This document shows positions 32,579-46,176 of a stretch of 64,000 nt of DNA, in pieces. This DNA is from an uncultured Pseudomonadota bacterium (lineage in GTDB: Bacteria > Pseudomonadota > Alphaproteobacteria > JACZXZ01). Made by a program: the position numbers and the translations under genes. Positions within the stretch are counted from its first letter, which is position 1. Every line of letters begins with the position of its first letter. The stretch is from the NCBI GenBank assembly GCA_963842155.1, contig CAWJFP010000028.1, positions 48,899 through 112,898 of the forward strand, in the 5' to 3' direction. The notes beneath the pieces were generated by a model. That model saw nothing but the letters and a program-made list of their open reading frames with translations. It had not been told where the DNA came from and ran no database searches.

Positions 32579-33255
32579 TGGGCCATAAAGTCAATCCGAC
32601 CGGATTTCGACTCGGCGTGAACCGCACCTGGGATTCGCGCTGGTTCGCCGACGACGGCTACGCCGCGCTCCTGCACGAGGATCTGAAGCTGCGCCAGTAT
32701 CTCTACGAGCGGCTGGCGCAAGCCGGCGTCGCGCGCGTGGTAATCGAGCGGCCGGCGAAGAAGGCGCGCATCACCATCCATACGGCGCGCCCCGGCGTCG
32801 TCATCGGCAAGAAGGGCGCCGACATCGAGAAGCTGCGCCAGGACATCGCCAAGATGACGAGCAGCGAGGTGCATCTCAACATCGTGGAGATCCGCAAGCC
32901 CGAGCTGGAAGCGCGGCTCGTGGCCGAGAACATCGCCCAGCAGCTCGAGCGCCGCGTCGCCTTCCGCCGCGCCATGAAGCGGGCGGTGCAGTCGGCCATG
33001 CGGCTCGGCGCCCAGGGCATCCGCATCCAATGCGGCGGCCGGCTGGGCGGGGCCGAGATCGCGCGCGTCGAATGGTATCGCGAGGGGCGCGTGCCGCTCC
33101 ATACGCTGCGCGCCGACATCGATTACGGCACGGCGACCGCCAAGACCACCTACGGCACCTGCGGCGTGAAGGTCTGGGTGTTCAAGGGCGAGATCATGGC
33201 GCATGACCCCATGGCCCAGGACAAGCGGCTCGCCGAGCAGCAGGTCGCGCGCTGA
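32578..33255 (+). CDS. rpsC: 30S ribosomal protein S3
   Basis: [30 protein letters not shown]. Confidence 0.98.
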   Translation: MGHKVNPTGFRLGVNRTWDSRWFADDGYAALLHEDLKLRQYLYERLAQAGVARVVIERPAKKARITIHTARPGVVIGKKGADIEKLRQDIAKMTSSEVHLNIVEIRKPELEARLVAENIAQQLERRVAFRRAMKRAVQSAMRLGAQGIRIQCGGRLGGAEIARVEWYREGRVPLHTLRADIDYGTATAKTTYGTCGVKVWVFKGEIMAHDPMAQDKRLAEQQVAR

Positions 33256-33294
33256 GCGCATGAGGACGAGCAGCAGGTCGCGCGCTGAGCGCAT
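33234..33294 (+). repeat. Tandem duplication of the rpsC 3' end (2 x 28 bp, period 33)
   Basis: CGAGCAGCAGGTCGCGCGCTGAGCGCAT at 33234-33261 and 33267-33294. Confidence 0.9.
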
Positions 33295-33308
33295 AGAGGA
33301 AGAGAGAG

Positions 33309-33728
33309 ATGCTTCAGCCGAAGCGGACGAAATACCGCAAGCAACACAAGGGCCGCGTCAAGGGCGTCGCCTGGTCGGGCACGGCGCTCAATTTCGGCGC
33401 CTACGGCCTGAAGGCGATCGAGCCGGGCCGGGTCACCGCGCGCCAGATCGAGGCGGCGCGGCGCGCGCTCACGCGCCACATCAAGCGTGTGGGGCGCGTC
33501 TGGATCCGCATCTTCCCCGACGTGCCGGTGTCGAAGAAGCCGGCCGAGGTGCGCATGGGGTCGGGCAAGGGCGCGCCGGAGTTCTGGTGCTGCCGCGTCC
33601 ATCCCGGGCGCATCATGTTCGAGATGGACGGTGTGCCGCGGACGATCGCGGTCCAGGCCATGGAGCTCGCGGCGGCGAAGCTGCCGATCCGCACCAAGTT
33701 CGTGGCCCGTCTCGGCGAGGAGCACTGA
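33309..33728 (+). CDS. rplP: 50S ribosomal protein L16
   Basis: [23 protein letters not shown]. Confidence 0.98.
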   Translation: MLQPKRTKYRKQHKGRVKGVAWSGTALNFGAYGLKAIEPGRVTARQIEAARRALTRHIKRVGRVWIRIFPDVPVSKKPAEVRMGSGKGAPEFWCCRVHPGRIMFEMDGVPRTIAVQAMELAAAKLPIRTKFVARLGEEH

Positions 33729-33731
33729 GCC

Positions 33732-33932
33732 ATGAGCGAAGCCGAGGACCTGCGCGCCAAGACCATGGACGAGCTCAAGGACCAGCTCTACGGCCTGCGC
33801 AAGGAGGCGTTCAACCTGCGCTTCCGGCGCGCCAGCGGCCAGCTCGAGAATACCGCCGAGGTGCGGCGCGTGCGGCGCGACATCGCGCGCCTCAAGACGG
33901 TGCTGGGCGAGCGCCGCCGGCAGGCCAAGTAG
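33732..33932 (+). CDS. rpmC: 50S ribosomal protein L29
   Basis: [19 protein letters not shown]. Confidence 0.96.
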   Translation: MSEAEDLRAKTMDELKDQLYGLRKEAFNLRFRRASGQLENTAEVRRVRRDIARLKTVLGERRRQAK

Positions 33933-33943
33933 GAGAGGAGAGA

Positions 33944-34207
33944 ATGCCCAGGCGCGAATTGCATGGCGTGGTGGTGAGCGACAAGGCCGACAAGACCGTC
34001 GTGGTGCGCGTCGACCGGCGCGTGCAGCACCCCGTCTACAAGAAGTTCGTGGTGCGCTCGAAGAAATTCATGGCGCATGACGAAGCCAACCGCTTCAAGG
34101 TCGGCGACGCGGTGCGCATCCGCGAATGCCGGCCCTTGTCGGCGCGCAAGCGCTGGGAAGTGGTCGCGAGCGGCGCCGACGCGTCGCCCGACAGTACCGC
34201 GAGCTGA
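33944..34207 (+). CDS. rpsQ: 30S ribosomal protein S17
   Basis: [28 protein letters not shown]. Confidence 0.96.
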   Translation: MPRRELHGVVVSDKADKTVVVRVDRRVQHPVYKKFVVRSKKFMAHDEANRFKVGDAVRIRECRPLSARKRWEVVASGADASPDSTAS

Positions 34208-34242
34208 CGGCCGCGGACGATTAGAGAGAAGAGGCCAACAAG

Positions 34243-34611
34243 ATGATCCAGATGCAGACCAGCCTGGAGGTCGCCGACAATTCGGGCGCGCGCCGGGTGC
34301 AGTGCATCAAGGTGCTGGGCGGGTCCAAGCGAAAGTTCGCTTCCGTGGGCGACGTCATCGTCGTCTCGGTCAAGGACGCGATCCCGCGCGGCCGCGTCAA
34401 GAAGGGCGACGTCCACCGCGCCGTGATCGTGCGCACGGCCAAGGCGATCCGCCGCGCCGACGGCAGCTCGATCCGCTTCGACCGCAACGCGGCCGTGCTG
34501 ATCAACGCCCAGGGCGAGCCCATCGGCACCCGCATCTTCGGGCCGGTGACGCGCGAGCTGCGCGCGCGCAAGTACATGAAGATCATCTCCCTCGCGCCGG
34601 AGGTGCTGTGA
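34243..34611 (+). CDS. rplN: 50S ribosomal protein L14
   Basis: [23 protein letters not shown]. Confidence 0.98.
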   Translation: MIQMQTSLEVADNSGARRVQCIKVLGGSKRKFASVGDVIVVSVKDAIPRGRVKKGDVHRAVIVRTAKAIRRADGSSIRFDRNAAVLINAQGEPIGTRIFGPVTRELRARKYMKIISLAPEVL

Positions 34612-34928
34612 TGGCGTCAAGGATCAAGAAGGGCGACCGCGTCGCCGTGCTAAGCGGGCGCGACAAGGGCAAGCAAGGCGAGGTGCTCAAGGTGCTGCGC
34701 GCGGCCGACCGCGTCCTCGTCCAGGGCATCAACATCGTGAAGCGCCATACGCGCCAGTCGGCGAAGAGTTCGGGCGGCATCATCGAGCAGGAGGCGCCCA
34801 TCCACGTCTCCAACCTCGCGCATCTCGACCCCAAGGACAACAAGCCGACGCGCGTCGGCTTCAAGCTCATCGATGGCGGCCGCAAGGTGCGCTACGCCAA
34901 GCGCTCCGGCGAGATCATCGACAGGTAA
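34611..34928 (+). CDS. rplX: 50S ribosomal protein L24
   Basis: [25 protein letters not shown]. Confidence 0.96.
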   Translation: MASRIKKGDRVAVLSGRDKGKQGEVLKVLRAADRVLVQGINIVKRHTRQSAKSSGGIIEQEAPIHVSNLAHLDPKDNKPTRVGFKLIDGGRKVRYAKRSGEIIDR

Positions 34929-34933
34929 GGACA

Positions 34934-35476
34934 ATGGCAGCCAGGCTACGCGAGCATTACGACACGGTCGTCAAGCCGGATCTGATGAAGCAGTTCCAGT
35001 ACCGCAACCCCATGCAGGTGCCGAAGCTGGAGAAGATCGTCATCAATATGGGCGTGGGCGAGACGGTCGGCGACAGCAAGCGGATCAACGCCGCGACGGA
35101 GGAGCTTGCCCGCATCTCGGGCCAGCGCCCCCTCGTCACCACCGCGCGCGTCGCGATCGCCAATTTCAAGCTGCGCAAGGGCATGAAGATCGGCTGCAAG
35201 GTCACCTTGCGGCGGGACCGCATGTACGAGTTCCTCGACCGCCTGGTCACCATCGCGCTCCCGCGCGTGCGCGACTTCCGCGGCCTCTCGGACCGCAGCT
35301 TCGACGGGCGCGGCAACTACACCTTCGGCCTCAAGGAGCAGATCGTGTTCCCCGAGATCGACTACGACCAGGTCGATGCCATCCGCGGCATGGACATCAC
35401 CATCGTGACGACGGCGAAGACCAACGACGAGGCGCTGGCGCTTCTCAAGGCCTTCTCCATGCCGTTCGCGAGCTGA
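34934..35476 (+). CDS. rplE: 50S ribosomal protein L5
   Basis: [25 protein letters not shown]. Confidence 0.98.
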   Translation: MAARLREHYDTVVKPDLMKQFQYRNPMQVPKLEKIVINMGVGETVGDSKRINAATEELARISGQRPLVTTARVAIANFKLRKGMKIGCKVTLRRDRMYEFLDRLVTIALPRVRDFRGLSDRSFDGRGNYTFGLKEQIVFPEIDYDQVDAIRGMDITIVTTAKTNDEALALLKAFSMPFAS

Positions 35477-35494
35477 TTCAAGGAGGGCCGGATC

Positions 35495-35800
35495 ATGGCC
35501 AAGAAGAGCTCCATCGAGAAGAACAACCGCCGCGCGCGCCTCGCCAAGCAGTATGCCGGCCGCCGCGCCGCGCTCAAGGCGATCGCGGCCGATCGCCAGA
35601 TCGCACCCGAGGAGCGCTTCGCCGCGCGCCTCAAGCTGGCCGAGCTGCCGCGCAACAGCGCGCTGGTGCGCGTGCGCAATCGCTGCGCCATCTCGGGCCG
35701 CGCGCGCAGCTATTACCGCAAGTTCAAGCTCTCGCGCATCGCGCTCAGGGATCTCGCCGCCACCGGGCAGATTCCGGGCATGGTCAAGTCGAGCTGGTAG
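35495..35800 (+). CDS. rpsN: 30S ribosomal protein S14 (long form lacking the Zn-binding Cys set)
   Basis: [23 protein letters not shown]. Confidence 0.97.
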   Translation: MAKKSSIEKNNRRARLAKQYAGRRAALKAIAADRQIAPEERFAARLKLAELPRNSALVRVRNRCAISGRARSYYRKFKLSRIALRDLAATGQIPGMVKSSW

Positions 35801-35816
35801 AGGAGGAGATCGGCTG

Positions 35817-36215
35817 ATGTCGATGAGCGATCCCATTGGGGATATGCTGACCCGCATCCGGAACGGCCAGCGCGCCCACAAGGCGACGGTCGTCACGCCG
35901 CATTCGCGGCTGCGCACCTTCGTGCTCGATGTGCTTAAGCGGGAAGGCTATATCCGCGGCTACAGCGAGCGCGAGGAGCGGCCGGGCGTGGTGGCGCTCG
36001 AGATCGAGCTTAAATATCACGAGGGCGAGCCGGTGATCCGCGAGATCCAGCGCGTCTCCAAACCGGGCCGGCGGGTCTATTCGAAGATCAAGGACCTCAA
36101 CCGCGTGCATGGCGGGCTCGGCATCGCCATCCTCTCCACCCCCCGCGGGGTGATGTCGGATTCGGACGCGCGCGCCGCCAATGTCGGCGGCGAGATCCTC
36201 TGCCAGGTGTTCTAG
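35817..36215 (+). CDS. rpsH: 30S ribosomal protein S8
   Basis: [27 protein letters not shown]. Confidence 0.97.
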   Translation: MSMSDPIGDMLTRIRNGQRAHKATVVTPHSRLRTFVLDVLKREGYIRGYSEREERPGVVALEIELKYHEGEPVIREIQRVSKPGRRVYSKIKDLNRVHGGLGIAILSTPRGVMSDSDARAANVGGEILCQVF

Positions 36216-36223
36216 GAGCGGCC

Positions 36224-36757
36224 ATGTCGCGCGTAGGGAAATATCCGGTCGCCGTGCCTTCGGGCGTCGAGGTGCAGATCGCCGATGGCACCGTCAGCGT
36301 CAAGGGCAAGCTCGGCCAGCTCAAACTCGCGCTGGCCGACGATGTGGCCGCGCGCGTCGAGGACGGCAAGGTCTGGGTCGAGCCGCGCGGCGAGACCAAG
36401 CGCGCGCGCATGCTGTGGGGCACCTATCGCAGCCTGATCAACAATCTGGTGACCGGCGTCTCCAAGGGCTTCACCGTCAATCTCGAGATCGTCGGCGTCG
36501 GCTACCGCGCGGCGACGCAGGGCAAGAACCTGCAGCTCCAGCTCGGCTACAGCCACGACGTGCTCTATCCGATCCCCGAAGGAATCGCCATCAAGTGCGA
36601 GAAGCCCACGTCGATCTCGATCAGCGGCGCCGACCGGCAGCGCGTCGGCCAGGTCGCCGCCGAGATCCGCGCCATGCGCGGCCCCGAGCCCTACAAGGGC
36701 AAGGGCATCAAGTACGAGGGCGAGTACATCCTGCGCAAGGAAGGCAAGAAGAAGTAG
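36224..36757 (+). CDS. rplF: 50S ribosomal protein L6
   Basis: [23 protein letters not shown]. Confidence 0.98.
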   Translation: MSRVGKYPVAVPSGVEVQIADGTVSVKGKLGQLKLALADDVAARVEDGKVWVEPRGETKRARMLWGTYRSLINNLVTGVSKGFTVNLEIVGVGYRAATQGKNLQLQLGYSHDVLYPIPEGIAIKCEKPTSISISGADRQRVGQVAAEIRAMRGPEPYKGKGIKYEGEYILRKEGKKK

Positions 36758-36766
36758 GGACGAGCC

Positions 36767-37126
36767 ATGAAGTCCGCCAAACATTTCGAGCGCCGCTCGC
36801 GGCGTGTGCGTACCAGGCTGCAGCGGAAGGCGCGCGGGCGCGTGCGCCTCTCCGTGCACCGCTCGAGCAAGAACATCTATGCCCAGGTGATCGACGACGC
36901 CAAGGGCGTCACCCTGGCCGCGGCCTCGAGCCTCGACAAGACGCTCAAGGAATACCACGCCAAGGGCTCGGACATCGAGGCCGCCAAGGCGGTCGGCAAG
37001 CTGATCGCGGAGCGCGCGATCGCCGCCGGCGTCAAGGAGGTGGTGTTCGACCGCGGCGGCTATCTCTATCATGGCCGGGTCAAGGCCCTGGCCGACGCCG
37101 CCCGCGAAGGCGGCCTGTCGTTCTAG
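36767..37126 (+). CDS. rplR: 50S ribosomal protein L18
   Basis: [23 protein letters not shown]. Confidence 0.98.
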   Translation: MKSAKHFERRSRRVRTRLQRKARGRVRLSVHRSSKNIYAQVIDDAKGVTLAAASSLDKTLKEYHAKGSDIEAAKAVGKLIAERAIAAGVKEVVFDRGGYLYHGRVKALADAAREGGLSF

Positions 37127-37139
37127 GAGAACGGAGCAG

Positions 37140-37721
37140 ATGGCAAGAAACACGGGCCAGCGCGAGTCGCGCGAGGACGGCGAGCTCGTCGAAAAGCTGG
37201 TCAGCATCAATCGCGTCGCCAAGGTAGTGAAGGGCGGCCGGCGTTTCGGCTTCGCCGCGATCGTCGTGGTGGGCGACGGCAAGGGCCGCGTCGGCCACGG
37301 CTCGGGCAAGGCGCGTGAGGTGCCCGAGGCGATCCGCAAGGCGACGGAGCAGGCCAAGCGCTCGCTCGTCCGCGTCCCCTTGCGCGAGGGCCGCACCCTC
37401 CATCACGACGTGCTCGGCCAGTATGGCGCCGGACGGGTGGTGGTGCGCTCGGCGCCCGCCGGCACCGGCATCATCGCGGGCGGCCCCATGCGCGCCATCT
37501 TCGAGTGCCTGGGCGTGCAGGACGTGGTCGCCAAGTCGATCGGCTCGACCAACCCGCACAACATGATCAAGGCGACCTTCTCGGCCCTCGATTCGGCCGT
37601 CGCACCGCGCCAGATCGCCGCCAAGCGCAACAAGAAGGTGAGCGAGATCATCGGCCGGCGCGGCGCCGAGGCCAAGGAGCAGGGGGCCAAGGAGCAGCCG
37701 GCCAGGGAGCAATCGGCATGA
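37140..37721 (+). CDS. rpsE: 30S ribosomal protein S5
   Basis: [22 protein letters not shown]. Confidence 0.97.
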   Translation: MARNTGQRESREDGELVEKLVSINRVAKVVKGGRRFGFAAIVVVGDGKGRVGHGSGKAREVPEAIRKATEQAKRSLVRVPLREGRTLHHDVLGQYGAGRVVVRSAPAGTGIIAGGPMRAIFECLGVQDVVAKSIGSTNPHNMIKATFSALDSAVAPRQIAAKRNKKVSEIIGRRGAEAKEQGAKEQPAREQSA

Positions 37722-37918
37722 GCGAGGGCTCGCCCAAGAAGAGGATCAAGATCACCCAGATCGGCAGTCCGATCGGGCGCGAGCGCTATCAGCGCGCGAC
37801 GCTCAAGGGCCTCGGCCTCAACAAGATGCACCGCACCGTCGAGCTCGAGGACACGCCCTCCGTGCGCGGCATGATCGACCGCGTCCATCACCTCGTGCGC
37901 GTCGTGGGCGAAGGCTGA
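37718..37918 (+). CDS. rpmD: 50S ribosomal protein L30
   Basis: [23 protein letters not shown]. Confidence 0.95.
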   Translation: MSEGSPKKRIKITQIGSPIGRERYQRATLKGLGLNKMHRTVELEDTPSVRGMIDRVHHLVRVVGEG

Positions 37919-37943
37919 ACCCCGCAAAGCCAGGACCGACAAC

Positions 37944-38438
37944 ATGAAGCTCAACCAGATTTCCGACAATCCTGGCGCCCATAAGCGGACGAAGCGGCTC
38001 GGCCGCGGCATCGGCTCGGGCAAGGGCAAGACCTCGGCGCGCGGCGGCAAGGGCCAGACCGCGCGCAGCGGCGTCTCGCTCCTCGGCTTCGAGGGCGGCC
38101 AGATGCCGCTCTACCGCCGCCTGCCCAAGCGCGGCTTCCGCAATCCCTTCCGCAAGGATTTCGCCGAGGTCAATCTCGGCCGCCTGCAGGAGGCGATCGC
38201 CGCCGGCCGGCTCGACGCGGCCCGGCCGATCGACGAGAAGGCGCTCCTCGCCGCCGGCCTCGCGCGGAAGTCCCGCGACGGGGTGCGACTGCTTGCAAAG
38301 GGCAAGATCAAGGCCAAGATAGAGATCACGGTGGCGGGCGCCTCCAAGGCGGCGCTCGACGCGGTCGCCAAGGCCGGCGGCCAGGTCACCGTGACGACGC
38401 CGCCCAAGGCCGCGGCGCCGGCCCCCGCCGAGGCCTGA
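37944..38438 (+). CDS. rplO: 50S ribosomal protein L15
   Basis: [28 protein letters not shown]. Confidence 0.98.
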   Translation: MKLNQISDNPGAHKRTKRLGRGIGSGKGKTSARGGKGQTARSGVSLLGFEGGQMPLYRRLPKRGFRNPFRKDFAEVNLGRLQEAIAAGRLDAARPIDEKALLAAGLARKSRDGVRLLAKGKIKAKIEITVAGASKAALDAVAKAGGQVTVTTPPKAAAPAPAEA

Positions 38439-38463
38439 GCCAGGCCCCCTTCCGGAGAGATCC

Positions 38464-39807
38464 ATGGCGTCCGCCGCCGAACAGCTAGCCGCCAGCCTCA
38501 ATTTCGGCGCCTTCGCGAAGGCGACCGAGCTCAAGAAGCGCATCTGGTTCACCCTGGGCGCCATGGTGATCTATCGCCTCGGCACTTATATCCCCGTGCC
38601 GGGCATCGACCCGACCGCGCTCGCCGACGTCTTCAGCCAGAACTCGCACGGCATCCTCGGCATGTTCGACATGTTCGCGGGCGGCGCGTTGCGCCGCTTC
38701 AGCATGTTCGCCCTCAACGTGATGCCCTACATCTCCTCGGCCATCATCATGCAGCTGCTGACGTCGATCGTGCCCTCGCTCGAGGCGCTGAAGAAGGAGG
38801 GCGAGCAAGGCCGCAAGAGGATCAACCAATATACCCGCTACGGCACGGTCCTCCTGGCGGCGTTCCAGTCCTACGGCCTCGCCATCGGGCTCGAGGGGAT
38901 GAGCGGCAGCCACGGGCCTGCGGTGGTGGACCCCGGCATCTTCTTCCGCATCGAGACCGTGCTCACGCTGACCGGCGGCACCCTCTTCCTCATGTGGCTC
39001 GGGGAGCAGGTAACGGCGCGCGGGGTGGGCAACGGTGTCTCGCTCATCATCTTCTCGGGCATCGTCGCCAACTTGCCGAACGCGGTGGCCCAGACCCTCG
39101 AGCTCGGCCGCACCGGCGCGATCTCGCCCGTCACCATCATGGCCCTCATCGTCATGGCGGTGGTCGTCATCGGCGTGATCGTCTTCGTCGAGCGCGCCCA
39201 GCGCCGCATCATCGTGCAATACCCCAAGCGGCAACAGGGCAGCCGCGTCTTCGGGGGCGAGAGCTCGCATCTGCCGCTCAAGCTCAACGCCTCGGGCGTC
39301 ATCCCGCCGATCTTCGCGAGTTCGCTGCTGCTGCTGCCCGTCACCGTGGCCGGCTTCTCCGGCAGCCAGGGCCCCGATTGGCTCCAAGCCATCACCGCCT
39401 ATATGGGCCATGGCAGGCCGCTCTACATGGTGGGCTATGTCGCGCTCATCGTCTTCTTCTGCTTCTTCTATTCCTCAATCGTGTTCAATCCGACCGATAC
39501 GGCCGAGAACTTGAAGAAATACGGCGGCTTTATCCCGGGCATCAGGCCGGGCAAGAATACCGCCGACTATCTGCATTACATCCTGACGCGCTTGACGGTG
39601 ATCGGTGCCATCTACCTCTCGGTGATCTGCCTCTTGCCGGAAATCCTGATCTCGCAATATTCCGTGCCGTTCTATTTCGGCGGCACCAGCCTCCTGATCG
39701 CCGTCTCGGTCACCATGGACACGGTCGCCCAGATCCAGGCCCACCTGCTGGCGCATCAATATGAGGGGCTGATCAAGAAGTCCAAGCTGCGGGGCAGGCG
39801 CGGATGA
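38464..39807 (+). CDS. secY: Preprotein translocase SecY
   Basis: [35 protein letters not shown]. Confidence 0.99.
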   Translation: MASAAEQLAASLNFGAFAKATELKKRIWFTLGAMVIYRLGTYIPVPGIDPTALADVFSQNSHGILGMFDMFAGGALRRFSMFALNVMPYISSAIIMQLLTSIVPSLEALKKEGEQGRKRINQYTRYGTVLLAAFQSYGLAIGLEGMSGSHGPAVVDPGIFFRIETVLTLTGGTLFLMWLGEQVTARGVGNGVSLIIFSGIVANLPNAVAQTLELGRTGAISPVTIMALIVMAVVVIGVIVFVERAQRRIIVQYPKRQQGSRVFGGESSHLPLKLNASGVIPPIFASSLLLLPVTVAGFSGSQGPDWLQAITAYMGHGRPLYMVGYVALIVFFCFFYSSIVFNPTDTAENLKKYGGFIPGIRPGKNTADYLHYILTRLTVIGAIYLSVICLLPEILISQYSVPFYFGGTSLLIAVSVTMDTVAQIQAHLLAHQYEGLIKKSKLRGRRG

Positions 39808-40499
39808 ATCTTCTGGTCTTGGGGCCGCCGGGCTCGGGCAAGGGCACCCAGTCGAAGCGCCTCCAGGACCGGCTGGGCCTGATCCAGATCTCGACCGGCG
39901 ACATGCTGCGCGCGGCCGCCAAGGCCGGCACGGAGATCGGCAGGCAGGCCAAGGCCATCATGGACAAGGGCGGGCTGGTGCCCGACGACATCGTCATCGG
40001 CCTCATCGCCGACCGCATCCTCGAGCCCGATGCTCGCAGCGGCTTCGTCCTCGACGGCTTCCCGCGCACGGCGGCGCAGGCCGAGGCCCTCGACCGCATG
40101 CTCGCCGCCAAGAATCTGCGGCTCGACCATGTGATCGAGCTCAAGGTGGACGAGGACGCGCTGGTGCGCCGCATCGCCGGACGCTATGCCTGCGCCAAAT
40201 GCGGGGCAGGCTACCATGACGATTTTCAGCGGCCCGAACGGCCCGGCGTCTGCGACGTTTGCGGCTCGACCGAGTTCGTCCGTCGCGCCGACGACAATGC
40301 CGAGACGGTCAAGCGGCGCCTCGCCACCTACCGGGCCCAGACCGCGCCCGTGCTGCCCTATTACGAGCATAAGGGCATCCTCGCGCGGGTGGACGGCATG
40401 GCCCCCATCGACGAGGTCACGCGGCAGATCCAGAGCGTCCTCGGTCGCGCCAAGCCCTTGAGGGCGGCCAGCGCGGGCGAGGGCGCGCATCATTCATGA
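39804..40499 (+). CDS. adk: Adenylate kinase (LID with two CxxC motifs)
   Basis: [28 protein letters not shown]...CDVC. Confidence 0.97.
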   Translation: MNLLVLGPPGSGKGTQSKRLQDRLGLIQISTGDMLRAAAKAGTEIGRQAKAIMDKGGLVPDDIVIGLIADRILEPDARSGFVLDGFPRTAAQAEALDRMLAAKNLRLDHVIELKVDEDALVRRIAGRYACAKCGAGYHDDFQRPERPGVCDVCGSTEFVRRADDNAETVKRRLATYRAQTAPVLPYYEHKGILARVDGMAPIDEVTRQIQSVLGRAKPLRAASAGEGAHHS

Positions 40500-40521
40500 C
40501 GAAGTCGTGCCGGGCGGGCGT

Positions 40522-40604
40522 CGGCGCCCGCCGTCCATATGTGGCAGGCAGCTATGCTGCCACGGGCGCGGCGCCCGCCGTCCATATGTGGCAGGCAGCT
40601 ATGC
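40522..40604 (+). repeat. Direct repeat, 2 x 36 bp, period 47
   Basis: CGGCGCCCGCCGTCCATATGTGGCAGGCAGCTATGC at 40522-40557 and 40569-40604. Confidence 0.9.
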
Positions 40605-40626
40605 GGCCTGCGCGGAGATAACCCTG

Positions 40627-40654
40627 TTGACGCGGCGGCTTTCCGGCCTATAAT
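40627..40654 (+). promoter_or_regulatory. Sigma70 promoter of the alpha operon
   Basis: TTGACG-N16-TATAAT upstream of rpsM. Confidence 0.75.
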
Positions 40655-40740
40655 TCGTGTCCCCTCGGCCGGGCGGCCGTCTAGGGGCGTCTTGTCGTGG
40701 CTTAAGGCCTTTCCCGGCTGGTTTCCAAGGAGTTTAGGGC

Positions 40741-41115
40741 GTGGCGCGTATCGCGGGCGTGAATATTCCGACCCAGAAGCGGGTCGAGGTCGCCTTGACC
40801 TACATCTATGGGATCGGCCCGACCAAGGCGAAGGAGATCTGCACCAAGGTCGGCATTCCCGAGGCGCGGCGGGTGAGCGAGCTCACCGAGCAGGAGGTCA
40901 TCCGCATCCGCGAGACGATCGACCGGGAATATCAGGTCGAGGGCGATCTCCGGCGCGAGGTGGCGATGAACATCAAGCGCCTGCTCGACCTCGGCTGCTA
41001 TCGCGGGCTGCGCCATCGCCGCGGGCTGCCGGTGCGGGGCCAGCGCACCCATACCAACGCCCGCACGCGCAAGGGCAAAGCGCGGCCGATCGCCGGCAAG
41101 AAGAAGGCCATCTGA
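40741..41115 (+). CDS. rpsM: 30S ribosomal protein S13
   Basis: [24 protein letters not shown]. Confidence 0.98.
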   Translation: MARIAGVNIPTQKRVEVALTYIYGIGPTKAKEICTKVGIPEARRVSELTEQEVIRIRETIDREYQVEGDLRREVAMNIKRLLDLGCYRGLRHRRGLPVRGQRTHTNARTRKGKARPIAGKKKAI

Positions 41116-41151
41116 CGCGCGCGAGATTTTTGACGGTTGGAGACCAGGCAT

Positions 41152-41541
41152 ATGGCGAAGGCAGCAGCTCCGCGGCGGCGCCGCGAGCGCAAGAACATCA
41201 CGTCGGGCACGGCGCATGTGAATGCGACGTTCAACAACACCGTGATCACGATCACCGACGCACAGGGCAACGCGATCGCCTGGTCGTCGGCCGGCTCGCA
41301 GGGCTTCAAGGGCTCGCGCAAATCCACCCCCTACGCCGCCCAGATGGCGGCCGAGGACGCCGGGCGCAAGGCCATGGAGCACGGCATGAAGACGCTCGAG
41401 ATCTATGTGAAGGGGCCGGGCGCGGGGCGCGAATTGGCCTTGCGCGCGCTGCAGAACGTGGGTTTCACGATCACCGCGATTCGCGACGTGACGCCCATTC
41501 CGCACAACGGCTGCCGGCCGCCCAAGCGCCGGCGGGTATAG
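41152..41541 (+). CDS. rpsK: 30S ribosomal protein S11
   Basis: [30 protein letters not shown]. Confidence 0.98.
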   Translation: MAKAAAPRRRRERKNITSGTAHVNATFNNTVITITDAQGNAIAWSSAGSQGFKGSRKSTPYAAQMAAEDAGRKAMEHGMKTLEIYVKGPGAGRELALRALQNVGFTITAIRDVTPIPHNGCRPPKRRRV

Positions 41542-41661
41542 CGCCCGAAGCGGCCCCGCGCGGGCCGGAATGAGAGGCCGGACGCCCCGAGGCGCTCGGC
41601 CGCTTTTGGATAACGGATTTGGCGCGGACCCCGGGGTCCGCCATAGCACGGAGAGAGTCCC

Positions 41662-42678
41662 GTGATTTACAAGAATTGGCTGGAATTGATCAAGCCCTCC
41701 AAGCTCGACATTCAGGCGGGTCCGCGGGCCGACCGCACGGCGGCCGTCGTCGCCGAGCCGCTCGAGCGCGGCTTCGGGCTTACCCTCGGCAACGCGCTGC
41801 GCCGGGTGCTGCTGTCCTCGCTCCAGGGTGCTGCCGTCACCTCGATCCAGATCGAGGGCGTGCTGCATGAATTCTCCTCGATCCCCGGCGTGCTCGAGGA
41901 CGTGACCGACATCGTCCTCAACATCAAGTCGATGTCGCTGCGCATGCATGGCGAGGGGCCGAAGCGCATCGCGCTGCGCGCCACCGGCCCGGGCGAGGTC
42001 ACCGCGCGCCAGATCGACACCGGCCACGACATCGAGGTCATGGATCCCGACCACGTGATCTGCACGCTCGACCAGGGTGCCAAGATCGTCATGGAGATGA
42101 CCGTCGAATCGGGCAAGGGCTACGTGCCCGCCGGCGCGGGCCGCACCGCCGACGCGCCGATCGGCCTCATTCCCGTCGACGCCATCTTCAGTCCGGTGCG
42201 CAAGGTCTCCTACAAGGTCGAGAACACCCGCGTGGGCCAGGTCACCGACTACGACAAGCTCTCGATGACGGTCGAGACCAACGGCGCGATCAAGCCCGAG
42301 GACGCCGTGGCGCTCGCCGCCCGCATCCTGCAGGAGCAGCTCAAGCTCTTCATCAATTTCGAGGAGCCCGTCTCCGCGCGCGAGGAGGACCGGCCGACCG
42401 AGCTGCCCTTCAACAAGAACCTGCTGCGCAAGGTGGACGAGCTCGAGCTCTCGGTGCGCTCGGCCAACTGCCTGAAGAACGACAACATCATCTATATCGG
42501 CGATCTCGTGCAGAAGACCGAGGCGGAGATGCTGCGCACGCCGAACTTCGGCCGCAAGTCCTTGAACGAGATCAAGGAGGTGCTGGCGCAGATGGGGCTC
42601 CATCTCGGCATGGAGATTCCCGGCTGGCCGCCGGAGAACATCGAGGAGCTGGCGAAGCGCCTCGAGGAGCCGTACTGA
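41662..42678 (+). CDS. rpoA: RNA polymerase alpha subunit
   Basis: [36 protein letters not shown]. Confidence 0.99.
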   Translation: MIYKNWLELIKPSKLDIQAGPRADRTAAVVAEPLERGFGLTLGNALRRVLLSSLQGAAVTSIQIEGVLHEFSSIPGVLEDVTDIVLNIKSMSLRMHGEGPKRIALRATGPGEVTARQIDTGHDIEVMDPDHVICTLDQGAKIVMEMTVESGKGYVPAGAGRTADAPIGLIPVDAIFSPVRKVSYKVENTRVGQVTDYDKLSMTVETNGAIKPEDAVALAARILQEQLKLFINFEEPVSAREEDRPTELPFNKNLLRKVDELELSVRSANCLKNDNIIYIGDLVQKTEAEMLRTPNFGRKSLNEIKEVLAQMGLHLGMEIPGWPPENIEELAKRLEEPY

Positions 42679-42739
42679 GAAACCGGGGCGGGGCGGCCTT
42701 CGCGGCCCGCGGCCGATCTAGGGAATTGGGAGCCGAACC

Positions 42740-43163
42740 ATGCGACACGGCGTGAGCGGGCGGAAGCTCAATCGCACCAGCAGCCACCGCAAGGCGCTTT
42801 TCGCCAACATGGCGGCGGCGCTCATCAAGCATGAGCAGATCAAGACGACCTTGCCCAAGGCCAAGGACCTGCGGCCGATCGTCGAGAAGCTGATCACGCT
42901 GGGCAAGCGCGGCGGGCTGCATGCCAGGCGACAGGCGCTCGCCTTCATTCCCGACAAGGCCATCGCCGACAAGCTGCTCGGCCCGCTGGCCAAGCGCTAT
43001 GCGGGCCGCGCGGGCGGCTACATCCGCGTGATGCGCGCGGGCTTCCGCTACGGCGAACTCGGCACCCATGGCGATCATCGAGCTCATCGACCGCGACAAG
43101 GCCGCCCATGGCCAGGATTCGGGACCCAAGCCCGAGACCGGCGAGAAGAGCGAGGCCGCCTGA
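42740..43163 (+). CDS. rplQ: 50S ribosomal protein L17 (apparent +1 insertion near 43056)
   Basis: MRHG...[24 protein letters not shown]; removing one A restores [15 protein letters not shown]...TGA at 43161-43163. Confidence 0.95.
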
Positions 43164-43188
43164 CCGGCGCGAGGATTGGCGAGCGCGC

Positions 43189-43216
43189 GAAGGGCAGCCG
43201 TTCGGCTGCCCTTTTT
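43189..43216 (+). terminator. Rho-independent terminator of the alpha operon
   Basis: AAGGGCAGCCG-TT-CGGCTGCCCTTTTT. Confidence 0.85.
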
Positions 43217-43268
43217 GTTCCGAATTGCTACATTGGAACGGGACGCGATCGAGTTGGGACACCCCGCT

Positions 43269-43328
43269 CGTCACCCCCGCGCAAGCGGGGGCCAGGGCCA
43301 CTGGATTCCCGCTTCCGCGGGAGAGACG
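43269..43328. repeat. REP-like double palindrome (GTCA..CCCGCGCAAGCGGG / CTGGATTCCCGC..GCGGGA..GAC)
   Basis: Two short hairpins bracketed by CGTC/GACG; common proteobacterial intergenic repeat type. Confidence 0.6.
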
Positions 43329-43411
43329 ACGCGATGTTTGCCTCGATTCGATTGAATCCGGCTCTAAAGAGCGGGTCTGCAGGAAACGAGTTGGCGCCGA
43401 CGGAGGATGGT

Positions 43412-44859
<1,448 letters not shown>

Positions 44860-44863
<4 letters not shown>

Positions 44864-46176
44864 GCGGACTGTTCGAAGCGGCGGCGCCGCGTCCGCTCGC
44901 CGACCGGCTGCGTCCCAAGACGCTCGGCGAGGTGGTCGGCCAGGACCATCTCCTGGGCCCGGAAGGGCCGATCGGCCGCATGGTCGCGGCGCACCGCCTC
45001 GCCTCGATCATCCTGTGGGGGCCGCCCGGCAGCGGCAAGACAACGATCGCGCGCCTCCTCGCGCAGGTCACCGACCAGCATTTCGAGCTGCTCTCGGCCG
45101 TGTTCTCGGGCGTGGCCGACCTGCGCAAGATTTTCGAGGCCGCCAGGAAGCGGCGCACCATGGGGCAAGGCACGCTCCTCTTCATCGACGAGATCCATCG
45201 CTTCAACCGCGCCCAGCAGGACGGCTTCCTGCCCTATGTCGAGGACGGCACGGTGACCTTGGTAGGCGCCACCACGGAGAACCCCTCCTTCGAGCTCAAT
45301 GCGGCGCTGCTCTCGCGCTGCCAGGTGCTGGTGCTGCGGCGGCTCGACGATCAGGCGCTCGAGACGCTGCTCGCCCGCGCCGAGGCGGCCGAGGGGCGCA
45401 AGCTGCCGCTCGACGCCGACGCGCGCGCCGCCCTGCGCGCCATGGCGGACGGCGACGGCCGTTTCGTGCTCAACCTCGCCGAGGAGCTGTTCGCCCTCGG
45501 CTCGACGACGCCGCTCGACACCGCCGCCCTCGCCCGCACCGTGCAGCGCCGCGCGCCCCTCTACGACAAGGCGCAGGAGGGCCATTACAACCTCATCTCG
45601 GCGCTGCATAAATGCCTGCGCGGCTCGGATACCGACGCCGGGCTCTATTGGCTCGCGCGCATGCTCGCGGGAGGCGAGGATCCGCGCTACATCGCGCGCC
45701 GGTTGACGCGCTTCGCCGTCGAGGATATCGGCCTCGCCGACCCCGACGCTGTCCATCAGGCGCTCGCGGCCTGGGAGGTCTATGAGCGGCTCGGCTCGCC
45801 CGAGGGGGAGATCGCCCTCGCCCAGCTCGTCATCTATCTCGCGACCGCGCCCAAATCGAACGCCGCCTACCTCGCCCTCGGCGCCGCCCAGCGCGCGGCG
45901 CGCGAGACGGGGTCGCTCATGCCGCCCATGCATATCCTCAACGCCCCCACGCGCCTCATGAAGCAGCTCGGTTACGGCAAGGGCTATCAATACGACCACA
46001 ATACCGAGGAGGGCTTCTCCGGCCAGAACTACTTCCCCGACGGCATGGCGCGCCAGCAATTCTACCGGCCGGTCGAGCGCGGCTTCGAGCGCGAGATCAA
46101 GAAACGGCTGGATTATTGGGCGAAGCTGCGCGAGCGCAAGGCCGCGGGCGGCGAAGCCGAGGAGCAGGAGCCGTGA
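44860..46176 (+). CDS. rarA: Replication-associated recombination protein A (MgsA/RarA)
   Basis: [43 protein letters not shown]. Confidence 0.95.

Noticed and set aside
40522-40604. 36-bp repeats as a mini CRISPR array
   Set aside because: Only two copies, an 11-bp spacer, and no cas genes in the window
39807-41662. Absence of rpmJ, infA and rpsD from the spc/alpha operons
   Set aside because: Normal arrangement for alphaproteobacteria
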